From contig CACGBL010000001.1 of assembly GCA_902571355.1 (NCBI GenBank), positions 13,803 through 77,802 of the forward strand: 64,000 nt of DNA, in the 5' to 3' direction. Below the pieces are notes generated by a model that worked only from the letters and a program-made list of their open reading frames with translations, did no database searches and had not been told where the DNA came from. Both the position numbers and the translations under genes were made by a program. This DNA is from an uncultured Synechococcaceae cyanobacterium (GTDB lineage: Bacteria; Cyanobacteriota; Cyanobacteriia; PCC-6307; Cyanobiaceae). Position 1 is the first letter of the stretch, and each line of letters begins with the position of its first letter. This document shows positions 1-9,138 of this stretch, piece after piece.

Positions 1-46
1 TAGAAAAGGTGATAACGCACAGATGGCCATAATAGAGCTTGTTTAA
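1..46 (+). CDS. rplQ: 50S ribosomal protein L17, 3' end only
   Basis: Frame from base 2 reads RKGDNAQMAIIELV* (L17 C-terminal motif), stop at 44-46; sits directly upstream of truA as expected. Confidence 0.9.
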   Translation, partial: RKGDNAQMAIIELV

Positions 47-84
47 GTTAGTTAATTAAAGGGGCTTTTACTAAAAAATAACTT

Positions 85-891
85 TTGAAAAGGGTAGCTT
101 TACTAGTCCAATATGATGGATCTCATTATTCAGGTTGGCAAAAACAAAAAAATGCCACTACTGTTCAAGAAATTTTAGACAGAGCTCTCTTCAAGATTAC
201 GAATCATAAAGTAAAGACTTTTGCAGCAGGTAGGACTGATGCTGGGGTTCATGCATCAGGTCAAGTAGTACACTTTGATGTTGATTGTGTTGTTCCAGGA
301 AATAGTTATTCTGATGTCTTAAATAGTTTTTTACCCTCATCAATTAGGATCTTGGAATCAGTTGAGGTAAAAGATAGTTGGCATGCATGCTACTCAGCAA
401 TGTATAGACATTATCGATATGTCATTAATAACAGTAAATTCCCAAACTTGTTCATCAATAATTGGTCATGGCATAGATATCAAAAAGTATTAGATGAAGT
501 TTTAATGTTAAGTGCATCTAGGAAAATGATAGGAGAACATGATTTTTTTGCTTTTCAGAAAACTGGTAGTAATAGAAACAACTCAATTACAAAAATAAAA
601 AATATAGATATTAAGAGAGTAGAAGATTTGATTTTTGTTGATATTAAAGCTACTGGTTTTCTATATGGAATGGTCCGCTTAATTATTGGTCAACTAGTTT
701 TAGTTGGAGAAAACAAAATATCCCCAGAAATTTTTACAGATAGATGGGTAAACAAAAAGAAAAATGATGTTAAAGAATCTGCTCCAGCTAAGGGGTTATG
801 TTTTGTAAATGCTGTTTATGAAGAAAATGTTTTTAAAAAGATTAATAACAATGATTTTTTCCCTGTATTTTTAATTAAGGGTTTTTCTTAG
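85..891 (+). CDS. truA: tRNA pseudouridine(38-40) synthase
   Basis: YDGSHYSGWQ, AGRTDAGVHA and FLYGMVR motifs. Confidence 0.97.
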   Translation: MKRVALLVQYDGSHYSGWQKQKNATTVQEILDRALFKITNHKVKTFAAGRTDAGVHASGQVVHFDVDCVVPGNSYSDVLNSFLPSSIRILESVEVKDSWHACYSAMYRHYRYVINNSKFPNLFINNWSWHRYQKVLDEVLMLSASRKMIGEHDFFAFQKTGSNRNNSITKIKNIDIKRVEDLIFVDIKATGFLYGMVRLIIGQLVLVGENKISPEIFTDRWVNKKKNDVKESAPAKGLCFVNAVYEENVFKKINNNDFFPVFLIKGFS

Positions 892-1005
892 GTAAGGTTT
901 AATTAAGCGAATTTTTTGTGTAAATCGTTCAAAACTGTTGTTTATTATTCCTTTAATAAGGTAGAATTTAAGACTAATTAAGATTTATTTGCAGAAATTT
1001 GGTAA

Positions 1006-1437
1006 ATGAATAAAACAATTACTCCATCTTTAGAAACAATTGAAAGAAATTGGTTTTTAGTTGACGCAAAAGACAAGACGCTTGGTAGACTTGCTACAGA
1101 AATTGCAACTGTATTGAGAGGTAAGAATAAACCAACATTCTCACCTCATCTAGATACTGGAGATTTTGTTATTGTAGTAAATGCCGAGAAAGTTGAGGTA
1201 ACAGGTAAAAAGGCATCACAAAAATTGTATAGGAGACATTCTGGAAGACCAGGAGGAATGAAAATTGAAAAATTTGAGTCTTTACAAGAAAGAATTCCTG
1301 AAAGAATCATCGAGCAAGCTGTTAAAGGCATGCTGCCTCATAACTCTTTAGGAAGACAGCAATTTAAAAAACTAAAAGTTTATAAAGGTGCTGATCATCC
1401 TCATGCTGCTCAGAATCCTGTATTATTAAATAATTAA
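1006..1437 (+). CDS. rplM: 50S ribosomal protein L13
   Basis: [28 protein letters not shown]. Confidence 0.99.
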   Translation: MNKTITPSLETIERNWFLVDAKDKTLGRLATEIATVLRGKNKPTFSPHLDTGDFVIVVNAEKVEVTGKKASQKLYRRHSGRPGGMKIEKFESLQERIPERIIEQAVKGMLPHNSLGRQQFKKLKVYKGADHPHAAQNPVLLNN

Positions 1438-1446
1438 TTTATCAAA

Positions 1447-1857
1447 ATGAATAGTCAAATAAAAAACAAAGCTGTGTATTGGGGAACTGGAAGAAGAAAA
1501 ACTTCAGTAGCTAGAGTTCGCTTGATTCCAGGAAATGGACAAATAAAAATTAATGGTCGTGCTGGAGATGATTACTTAAACTTTAATCCCCTGCACTTAA
1601 ATTCAATAAAAGCACCTTTGCAAACATTAGGTCTTGAAAATTCTTATGATATTCTGGTAAATGTTTTTGGTGGTGGATTGACTGGTCAAGCAGATGCTAT
1701 AAAGCAAGGTGCAGCTCGAGCACTTTGTGAATTATCTCCTGACAATAGGAAACCGCTAAAAACGGAAGGCCATCTTAGTAGAGATCCTAGAGCTAAGGAA
1801 AGAAGAAAATATGGTCTTAAAAAAGCAAGAAAAGCTCCTCAATTCTCTAAACGTTAA
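1447..1857 (+). CDS. rpsI: 30S ribosomal protein S9
   Basis: [33 protein letters not shown]. Confidence 0.99.
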   Translation: MNSQIKNKAVYWGTGRRKTSVARVRLIPGNGQIKINGRAGDDYLNFNPLHLNSIKAPLQTLGLENSYDILVNVFGGGLTGQADAIKQGAARALCELSPDNRKPLKTEGHLSRDPRAKERRKYGLKKARKAPQFSKR

Positions 1858-1870
1858 AGCAATTTAAATT

Positions 1871-2131
1871 ATGCCAAAATCAGAAATACACCCAAAATGG
1901 TATCCAGATGCAAAAGTTATTTGTAATGGAGAAGTTGTAATGACAACTGGCTCAACGCAGCCTGAATTACATGTTGATGTATGGAGTGGTAATCATCCCT
2001 TCTTCACTGGAACTCAGAAGATTCTTGATACAGAAGGTAGGGTTGATAGGTTTATGAAAAAATATGGCATGGGTTCAGCTAATTCAGCTACATCAAAAGA
2101 GCAAAAAGAAGAAAAAGATTCTAAAAAATAG
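1871..2131 (+). CDS. rpmE: 50S ribosomal protein L31
   Basis: IHPKW, HPFFTGTQKILDTEGRVDRF. Confidence 0.98.
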   Translation: MPKSEIHPKWYPDAKVICNGEVVMTTGSTQPELHVDVWSGNHPFFTGTQKILDTEGRVDRFMKKYGMGSANSATSKEQKEEKDSKK

Positions 2132-2159
2132 AATTTTCAAAAATTAAGCACAATTTCAA

Positions 2160-3254
2160 TTGGAATACTCAACATTAATTGCAAGGTTGAAAACTGCTTC
2201 AGAAAGTTTTGAAAATTTGGAAGTGCAACTTGCAGATCCTGATATAGCTAATGATCCAAAAAAATTAGAATCAATAGCAAGAGAAAGGTCAAAATTGGAA
2301 CCTTTAGTGATTGATTTTAATAAGTTGCTTGATACTGATAAAGAAATAGAAGACTCAAAAAATCTACTAAAAGAGAATAGAAATGATAAAGAAATGGAAT
2401 CTTTGATAAATGAGGAGTTAATAAATCTAGAGGAATCTAAGAGTGAACTGATTCAAAAAACTACAATCGCCTTATTGCCAAAAGACCCAAGAGATGAAAG
2501 AAGTGTAATGTTAGAAATCAGAGCCGGCGCTGGAGGTAACGAGGCTTGTATCTGGGCAGGTGATTTAGCAAGAATGTATGAAAGATATGGACAAAAAATT
2601 GGATGGTCTGTAAAACCTGTTAGTGCTTCCGAGTCAGATATGGGTGGATTTAAGGAGTTAGTTATCTCCGTTAAAGGAGATGCTGTATATAGTCAACTTA
2701 AATTTGAGGCTGGTGTACATAGAGTCCAAAGAGTTCCAGCTACTGAATCTCAAGGTAGAGTTCACACCTCCACTGCTACAGTGGCCGTTATGCCTGAGGC
2801 TGATCCTGTTGAGGTTAAAATTGATCCAACAGATCTAGAGGTTGGAACAGCAAGATCAGGAGGTGCAGGGGGACAAAATGTTAATAAGGTAGAGACAGCT
2901 ATTGATCTTCTACACAAGCCTACAGGAATAAGAGTTTTTTGTACTCAAGAGAGATCACAATTGCAAAATCGCGAACGAGCAATGGAAATTTTAAGAGCTA
3001 AATTGTATGAAATTCAATTAAAAGAAGCTAATGCAAAAGAGAGGTCACAAAGGCTTTCCCAAGTTGGAACAGGTGATAGAAGTGAAAAAATCAGAACTTA
3101 CAATTTTAAAGATAACAGGACAACTGATCATAGATTAGGTTCCAATTTTTCTCTTGAGCCAATTCTTGCTGGTCAATTAGAAGAAGTTATTAATGCATGC
3201 ATAGCGCAAGAACAAAAAAGAATGATGGAAGATTTTAATAAAGAAGTAAATTGA
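2160..3254 (+). CDS. prfA: Peptide chain release factor 1
   Basis: PAT anticodon-like motif ([10 protein letters not shown]), GGQ motif; TTG start. Confidence 0.98.
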   Translation: MEYSTLIARLKTASESFENLEVQLADPDIANDPKKLESIARERSKLEPLVIDFNKLLDTDKEIEDSKNLLKENRNDKEMESLINEELINLEESKSELIQKTTIALLPKDPRDERSVMLEIRAGAGGNEACIWAGDLARMYERYGQKIGWSVKPVSASESDMGGFKELVISVKGDAVYSQLKFEAGVHRVQRVPATESQGRVHTSTATVAVMPEADPVEVKIDPTDLEVGTARSGGAGGQNVNKVETAIDLLHKPTGIRVFCTQERSQLQNRERAMEILRAKLYEIQLKEANAKERSQRLSQVGTGDRSEKIRTYNFKDNRTTDHRLGSNFSLEPILAGQLEEVINACIAQEQKRMMEDFNKEVN

Positions 3255-3263
3255 GATTTTTTA

Positions 3264-3770
3264 TTAGATTGCAACCCCTATTACGTATTTACTCCATTCT
3301 TTATGCCTGCCAGAGTCAATTTGTCTTGTAGCTTCAAAATTGAGATTACTTAATGGACGATAAGGCTTACGTTTTAAGGGCATATTTGCCTCTTCGGGGG
3401 TTCGATTACCTTTTTGTACATTACATCTAAGACATGCTGTAGTAACATTTTCCCAGTTATCCGTTCCACCTCTGCTTCTCGGTAAAACATGATCTATTGA
3501 TAGGTCACTACCCCTATAGTTACAATATTGGCAAGCATTATTATCTCTCAAAAGAATATTTTTTCTTGTTAAAGAAACCTCTCTAAAAGGAACTTTGACG
3601 TAGTAACGAAGTCTTATAACTGTCGGTAACTTTTTCCCGTTATGTATTGAATATGTTTTATCTTCCTCTAAGCTTTCTGCTTTACCTTTAATCATCAAAA
3701 TTACCGCTCTTCGCCAGGAAGTGATGTTTAAAGGTTCATAAGATGCATTTAAAACTAGAGTCTGGCCCAT
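3264..3770 (-). CDS. HNH endonuclease family protein
   Basis: LVLNASYEPL N-terminus, RD..CQYC, SIDHVLPRSRGG..WEN...C..CN; likely start is the ATG at 3770 (track extends to 3794). Confidence 0.9.
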   Translation of the reverse strand: MGQTLVLNASYEPLNITSWRRAVILMIKGKAESLEEDKTYSIHNGKKLPTVIRLRYYVKVPFREVSLTRKNILLRDNNACQYCNYRGSDLSIDHVLPRSRGGTDNWENVTTACLRCNVQKGNRTPEEANMPLKRKPYRPLSNLNFEATRQIDSGRHKEWSKYVIGVAI

Positions 3771-3838
3771 GCCAAAATTCAATTTACATGTCATGCTAAC
3801 TGTATATTTCTATAAGCGCATATATTTGTGCAAAGTTA

Positions 3839-5038
3839 ATGCAAAATAGGCAAACAGATCAGGTATTTAATTTTGACAAATTTCCAAATTCTGAAAGAGA
3901 TATAGATCTAAAACAAAGAGCATGGATTGAAGTTAAAGGTATAGCAATAGAAACAAACGTTAGACAGTTAAGATCAAGATTAAGTAAAAATTGTCAATTT
4001 ATGGCAGTCGTTAAAGCTGATGGGTATGGACATGATGCGAAATTAGTATCAGAGTATGCTATCAAAGGTGGAGCATCTCAATTAGGTGTTGCCACATTAA
4101 ATGAAGGCATTAAGCTTCGTACTTCTGGAGTTAAAAAACCAATTCTTATCCTCGGAAATCTTTACACGAAAAGGGATCTTATTATATGTTTTAAAAATGA
4201 TCTTATGCCAACTATCAGTAGTATAAGAGAATGCTTAATTTGCAATAACATTGGTAAGCACTTTGGTTTGAAATTCCCTCTACATCTTAAAGTTGATACT
4301 GGGATGTCAAGATTAGGATTTGAATACAATAAATTTGTTCAGCAATTTGAAAACATTAAATCTTTTGACAATATTTCTATTGAGGGAATATATAGTCATT
4401 TATCATCTGCAGATGAACTCAACTCATTAGATCCAAAAAGTATTACACAATTACAAAGGTATAAGTTTCAGGAATTATTAAAGCAAATTAATGTTGATAG
4501 AAATAAAAATATCAAGATTCATTTGGCTAATTCAGCGGGAATGCTTCTTGATAAAAATTTCCATTTTCATATGGTACGTGTTGGATTATCTATGTATGGA
4601 TATAAACCTTTGTCAAAATTAAATAAAAATTTATTGCTTAAGCCAGCTTTATCTTTGAAGGTCAAAGTAGCTTTTATAAGAACTATTGAAAAAGGTATAA
4701 GTGTAAGTTATGGAGGCAAATTTGTAAGTCATAGAAAAACTAAGTTAGCTATATTAAGTATTGGTTATGCCGATGGTGTACCAAGAAATCTTTCAGGAAA
4801 GATTAAAGTTATTTATAATAATAAATTTTATCCTCAAGTTGGATCTATAACTATGGACCAAATGATGGTAGACATAACAGATTCTAATGAAATTAAAGTT
4901 GGTAGTACCATGGTATTACTAGGATCTGATGGAGATAAAACAATTTCTCCTCTTGAATGGGCAAAAAAATCTAGTACTATCCCTTGGGAAATTCTTTGTT
5001 CTTTTAAAAATAGATTACCGAAAGTTCAAGTAGATTAG
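3839..5038 (+). CDS. alr: Alanine racemase
   Basis: AVVKADGYGH PLP lysine motif, HLKVDTGMSRLG, IGYADG. Confidence 0.97.
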   Translation: MQNRQTDQVFNFDKFPNSERDIDLKQRAWIEVKGIAIETNVRQLRSRLSKNCQFMAVVKADGYGHDAKLVSEYAIKGGASQLGVATLNEGIKLRTSGVKKPILILGNLYTKRDLIICFKNDLMPTISSIRECLICNNIGKHFGLKFPLHLKVDTGMSRLGFEYNKFVQQFENIKSFDNISIEGIYSHLSSADELNSLDPKSITQLQRYKFQELLKQINVDRNKNIKIHLANSAGMLLDKNFHFHMVRVGLSMYGYKPLSKLNKNLLLKPALSLKVKVAFIRTIEKGISVSYGGKFVSHRKTKLAILSIGYADGVPRNLSGKIKVIYNNKFYPQVGSITMDQMMVDITDSNEIKVGSTMVLLGSDGDKTISPLEWAKKSSTIPWEILCSFKNRLPKVQVD

Positions 5039-5099
5039 ACATTTCGATTAAATAAAAAATTTTGAATGTTTGCATAAAAATTGATAATGTATAAGAACT

Positions 5100-5188
5100 G
5101 GAGAGGTGGCTGAGTGGTTGAAAGCGGCTCCCTGCTAAGGAGTTACAGGAGGTAACTTTTGTCGAGGGTTCGAATCCCTCCCTCTCCG
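5100..5188 (+). tRNA. tRNA-Ser(GCT)
   Basis: GGAGAGG/CCTCTCC acceptor stem, anticodon loop CT-GCT-AA, long variable arm, GGTTCGAATCC T-loop; no encoded CCA. Confidence 0.97.
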
Positions 5189-5289
5189 TGTTTTTTTGTT
5201 TCGTGGAAGTTTATATGATTTCGTTGAAGATTCAAATTTATTGATACGAAGAACATCTAGGTTCGCGGTCATTCAACAATATAAGGAAC

Positions 5290-5421
5290 AGGTGTAAACC
5301 CTAGTTATAGGGAGATGATCGAGAAGGGCGGTCATTAGAGAAATTCAGCACTTTTAAGGTCAAATGATCCCTTCAGTCACTCCAGGAGTATCTAGAAATT
5401 GCCAAAGAAGGTTGTAGGCAA
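5290..5421 (+). pseudogene. Tyrosine recombinase/integrase C-terminal remnant
   Basis: Stitching frames gives DREGRSL/REIQHF*GQ/SLQSLQEYLEI, resembling box II G.SLREIQ..SGH.SL..LQ.YL; Tyr codon at 5389-5391; one stop and two frameshifts. Confidence 0.6.
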
Positions 5422-5486
5422 ATTCCACCAAAAAATTGCACTCTTAAAATAAGTAAAAACTCGATCTATATACCGTTAACTCCAAC

Positions 5487-6722
5487 TTACTTCTGATTTA
5501 CTTTTGACGTGATAAAACTGGCCAACTTCCTGTATCCTTCCTGTGATAAATGATCACCAAATGGTGCGTAATTACTTTTTTCATTTGGATTTAAGACAGA
5601 GGAACTGTCTAGAAACTCAATTGACAAACTCTTGCTGGTTTTTTGTAACAGCAATTTATATTCATTGTTTGCGTCATTTAGTGCCCAATAATTACTATTA
5701 GGTATGTATGCAACGTAAGGTGTGCATGATGTCTCGGAATTGCATATATCTTGAAGTTCACGAATTGCCTTAATGCTGGGATTGGAGCTCAAGGGGAATT
5801 TTTCGCCATTTATAAGTTTTTTAATTCTTGATTTCAATGGGTGGTTAATTCTTGATCTCAATGGGTAGAGAGTAAGCACTCGATATGCAAAACTGCCTTT
5901 GAATTTAGTATTATTTTCTCGAGAGGATTTTAATTTTTCTAATTTTGATTTTAGTTTTTCCACTATTTCTCGTTTATTTGTTGGGTAATGTTTTGATATG
6001 GTTTTATTTAGGATTGAAAGGTATTCATTTGATACATTAATAAAACCATTTGGATTGACTTCTGCAATTGGTTGTGAGGTGGATAGATGCCTTACAAGGG
6101 TTTCATTTAATCTCACACTATCATTTTCGTGAAATACTAGTATTGTTGAAAATTCTTTTCCCAAATGGGAAGAAATAATTGGTTTGACAACATTCTTTAA
6201 AAGTGAAATGTATTCGTAGGGTGAATTACTGCCAGTGCCTAAGTTGAGTGCGTTAGCATTAAGTAAGTTGGAAAATAACTCTGTTAAAACAAATTGTTTG
6301 TCAACACAAGCACCTTGAGTGAATGAGTCGCCAATAAAGAATGTTGCGCCCTTTTTTCTGATTTCATCCCAATTCTCGTCATTATTCCTTAGCCCAAATC
6401 TGTCGGACTTGAATGAGATAAGTCCATAACCTTCATTACAAAAGAATGTTTGGGTATAAGGAAGTGTGCCTATGGGGTAATATTTGGAACCAAGGAAATG
6501 CTCTCTAGTCTCCCCAGGATAATAAAACGGAAAAAACCCATTGCCAGCGCTTGTGATCTTTGCAGGATAATCGACATCTATACTTCTTTTTCGCTCGATC
6601 ATTGAGATTTTCGTTTGTCTATTTGGCTGTATTATTTCAAGAGCTAGAGAAATGCTGATAAGTGAAGCACTTGTAGATATGAAAAAAAGAAAAAAATTGA
6701 GAATGATTATTTTCGTTTTCAT
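5487..6722 (-). CDS. Membrane-anchored SGNH/GDSL-family protein (SxtL-like position in operon)
   Basis: N-terminal hydrophobic anchor; blocks IGDSFTQG, NLGTG, HEND, GDHLS; ATG at 6722 overlaps upstream TGA (track uses TTG at 6725). Confidence 0.85.
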   Translation of the reverse strand: MKTKIIILNFFLFFISTSASLISISLALEIIQPNRQTKISMIERKRSIDVDYPAKITSAGNGFFPFYYPGETREHFLGSKYYPIGTLPYTQTFFCNEGYGLISFKSDRFGLRNNDENWDEIRKKGATFFIGDSFTQGACVDKQFVLTELFSNLLNANALNLGTGSNSPYEYISLLKNVVKPIISSHLGKEFSTILVFHENDSVRLNETLVRHLSTSQPIAEVNPNGFINVSNEYLSILNKTISKHYPTNKREIVEKLKSKLEKLKSSRENNTKFKGSFAYRVLTLYPLRSRINHPLKSRIKKLINGEKFPLSSNPSIKAIRELQDICNSETSCTPYVAYIPNSNYWALNDANNEYKLLLQKTSKSLSIEFLDSSSVLNPNEKSNYAPFGDHLSQEGYRKLASFITSKVNQK

Positions 6723-6883
6723 CAAAAAATAGAGTAAATAAATGGCGCTACAACGGATCCCTGAGTGAACACAATAAGTGCTCCCATAAGAACAATCGTA
6801 ATGATCAAAGGTGCTAACCAGTATTTTTTTCTAACTTTCATAAAGTCCCAAATGTCTTTAGCGAGATCAAACAATGCTTCCAT
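6722..6883 (-). CDS. SxtK/DUF5989-like small membrane protein, 53 aa (absent from ORF track)
   Basis: Manual translation MEALFDLAKDIWDFMKVRKKYWLAPLIITIVLMGALIVFTQGSVVAPFIYSIF*; RKKYWL.P and APFIY motifs; fills the operon gap. Confidence 0.92.
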   Translation of the reverse strand: MEALFDLAKDIWDFMKVRKKYWLAPLIITIVLMGALIVFTQGSVVAPFIYSIF

Positions 6884-6886
6884 ATT

Positions 6887-7279
6887 TCAAAAAATGCGAG
6901 TGAGGTCTGTTTTATGATTTTTTCGGTTTTCTCGGTAAGTCTTCTCTTCTTTTAGTTTAGTTCGCAATGGATCATATCCAATAAGACGCATTACAAATGA
7001 AATAGGTAGAAGGACAAGGATGAAGACCAGTCCAAGAATAATATGACTATTAATCCATCCTAGGGTATGACCAAGTGCCATCCAACCTTTGTATGGATAG
7101 TAGAGAAGACGTGGAGAAGTAAGTCCAATTATTAATCCAAGAAATCCAACCCATAAAGTCCATTCCCTAAATCCATGACCCGTTAGTGCAGGAATCAACC
7201 AACCAATCAATAATGGGAATCCAAATCCAATTAGAAGTCCGAACTCTCTTAGTTTTTTTTTGGAAATTATTTCTTTCAT
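6887..7279 (-). CDS. SxtJ-family membrane protein
   Basis: LREFG N-terminal motif, W..LG..LG.INS.IILG..F..VL.P, G.DPL; ATG at 7279 just after the upstream stop (track uses TTG at 7285). Confidence 0.88.
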   Translation of the reverse strand: MKEIISKKKLREFGLLIGFGFPLLIGWLIPALTGHGFREWTLWVGFLGLIIGLTSPRLLYYPYKGWMALGHTLGWINSHIILGLVFILVLLPISFVMRLIGYDPLRTKLKEEKTYRENRKNHKTDLTRIF

Positions 7280-7281
7280 GA

Positions 7282-9138
7282 TCAATCGAGTTCAAACTCT
7301 TGCATCCAAGTTTCATCTTTTTCGACCTTGGGCTGCTCTCTCTTAAAGAGTACTTGATTTTGAAGAACCAATATATCCATCTCTGTTCTCATAAAGCATC
7401 TGTATGCATCTTGAGGGGTACACACAATGGGTTCGCCTCTCACATTGAATGATGTATTTACAATCGTAGGACATCCAGTTTTTCGTTTAAAAGCATTAAT
7501 TAGTTCATAATATCTAGGGTTTGTTGTTTTATTAACTGTTTGAACTCTCGCAGAGTAATCGATATGGGTAATTGCAGGTAAAGAAGATCTTGGAATGTTG
7601 AGTTTTTCGATTCCAAAGAGTTTTTCTTGTTCATCGGTCATTCTCTTACAGAGTTCTTTTTTCAGAGGAGCAACTAATAGCATGTATGGACTCTTCACTG
7701 ACATCTCAAATTGGTTGCTAACATCTTCCTCTAGAACAGAAGGAGCGAAGGGACGAAAACTTTCTCTATACTTGATCTTAAGGTTCATAATGCTTTGCAT
7801 CTTTTGATTCCGCGGATCACCAATTATTGATCTCGCACCTAATGAACGAGGACCAAACTCCATTGGACCATTGAACCATCCTATGACATGCCCTTTGTCA
7901 AGTTCATTTGCAAGTTTATCAAATAACTCCTGATCATTATGGGTATGAAAGGGCGCGTTAATTTTTCTTAGGTATTCTATGACTTCATCATTTCCGAATT
8001 CAGGTCCTAAGTAAGTCCCCTTCATTGAGTCATTGGGATTAGCAGTACGTTCTTTTTGCTTGTATTGATGCCAACCAATAAGTGCCCCACCCAATGATGA
8101 ACCAGCATCTCCACTCGCGGGTTGAATCCAAATATTATCAAATATATTTTCTCTTAAAAGTAAGCCATTAGCGACACAATTGAGTGCTACCCCTCCTGCA
8201 AGGCAAAGATTTTTTATACCAGTTTCCTCTCGAAGTGATCTCGCCAATTTAATTACAACTTCTTCAGTGACTGCCTGAATGGACGCCGCTATATCCATAT
8301 GAAACTGCGATAACTCAGTTTCTCCTTTACGTGGTGATCTTCCAAATAGTTTGTGGAATTTTTTTGAAGTCATGCGAAAACCACGATGATATTTGAAATA
8401 ACTAATATCAAGTTTGAAGGTCCCATCTTTTTTGATATCAATCAATTTGTCTTTGATTAATTTGGTATATTTAGGTTCTCCATAAGGAGCAAGACCCATT
8501 AATTTATATTCACCAGAATTAACCTTGAAACCACAATAGTAAGTAAAAGCAGAGTAAAGAAGACCAAGTGAGTGAGGAAAACTGATCTCCCAAAGAGGAT
8601 CAATCACATTCTTTTTGCCCACCCATGTAGACGTAGTTGCCCACTCGCCTACTCCATCCATGCAAAGTATTACTGACTCATCAAATGGACTAGGGTAGAA
8701 GGCAGCAGCAGCATGAGAAAGGTGATGATCTGAGAATAAAAATTTTGGGATATGAGGTTTAGTATTTGGAACAAGCTCTTTTTGTAAGGATTTGAATTTG
8801 CGATTAAGTTCTGCTTTGAGAAATAATTTTTCTTTTAACCATACTTGCATTGCTGCAATAAATGACCGTAATCCTCTTGGAGCAACAGCAAGATATGTTT
8901 CTAATAATCTCTCAAAAGTTAGAAGTGGTTTCTCATAGTAGACAATCGTCTCAATATTTCTTAAGTCAATATTTTGTGATTTAAGAGTGTATCTTATTGC
9001 ATTTATCGGAAATCTAGAATCATGTTTCTTTCTAGAAAATCTTTCTTCTTGAACTGCTACAATTATTTCTCCATTTTTTATTAGTGAAACAGCACTATCA
9101 TGATAGAAACAAGATAAACCAAGGATATAATTACTCAT
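7282..9138 (-). CDS. Carbamoyltransferase, NodU/CmcH/TobZ family (SxtI-like)
   Basis: HDSA, HHLSHA, DGVGE, GGVALNCVAN, GDAG (Kae1-like domain); EFGPRSLGARS, RESFRPFAP, NTSFNVRGEPIV (YrdC-like domain). Confidence 0.96.
   Translation of the reverse strand: MSNYILGLSCFYHDSAVSLIKNGEIIVAVQEERFSRKKHDSRFPINAIRYTLKSQNIDLRNIETIVYYEKPLLTFERLLETYLAVAPRGLRSFIAAMQVWLKEKLFLKAELNRKFKSLQKELVPNTKPHIPKFLFSDHHLSHAAAAFYPSPFDESVILCMDGVGEWATTSTWVGKKNVIDPLWEISFPHSLGLLYSAFTYYCGFKVNSGEYKLMGLAPYGEPKYTKLIKDKLIDIKKDGTFKLDISYFKYHRGFRMTSKKFHKLFGRSPRKGETELSQFHMDIAASIQAVTEEVVIKLARSLREETGIKNLCLAGGVALNCVANGLLLRENIFDNIWIQPASGDAGSSLGGALIGWHQYKQKERTANPNDSMKGTYLGPEFGNDEVIEYLRKINAPFHTHNDQELFDKLANELDKGHVIGWFNGPMEFGPRSLGARSIIGDPRNQKMQSIMNLKIKYRESFRPFAPSVLEEDVSNQFEMSVKSPYMLLVAPLKKELCKRMTDEQEKLFGIEKLNIPRSSLPAITHIDYSARVQTVNKTTNPRYYELINAFKRKTGCPTIVNTSFNVRGEPIVCTPQDAYRCFMRTEMDILVLQNQVLFKREQPKVEKDETWMQEFELD

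Noticed and set aside
3264-3794. HNH nuclease as a mobile or defence element
   Set aside because: It belongs to a standalone family, sits between core genes prfA and alr, and has no intron, repeats or partner genes.
5487-9138. Saxitoxin biosynthesis, given the sxtI/J/K/L-like genes
   Set aside because: None of the core pathway genes (sxtA, sxtG, sxtB and others) are in the islet or window, and IJK-like genes occur outside toxin clusters.
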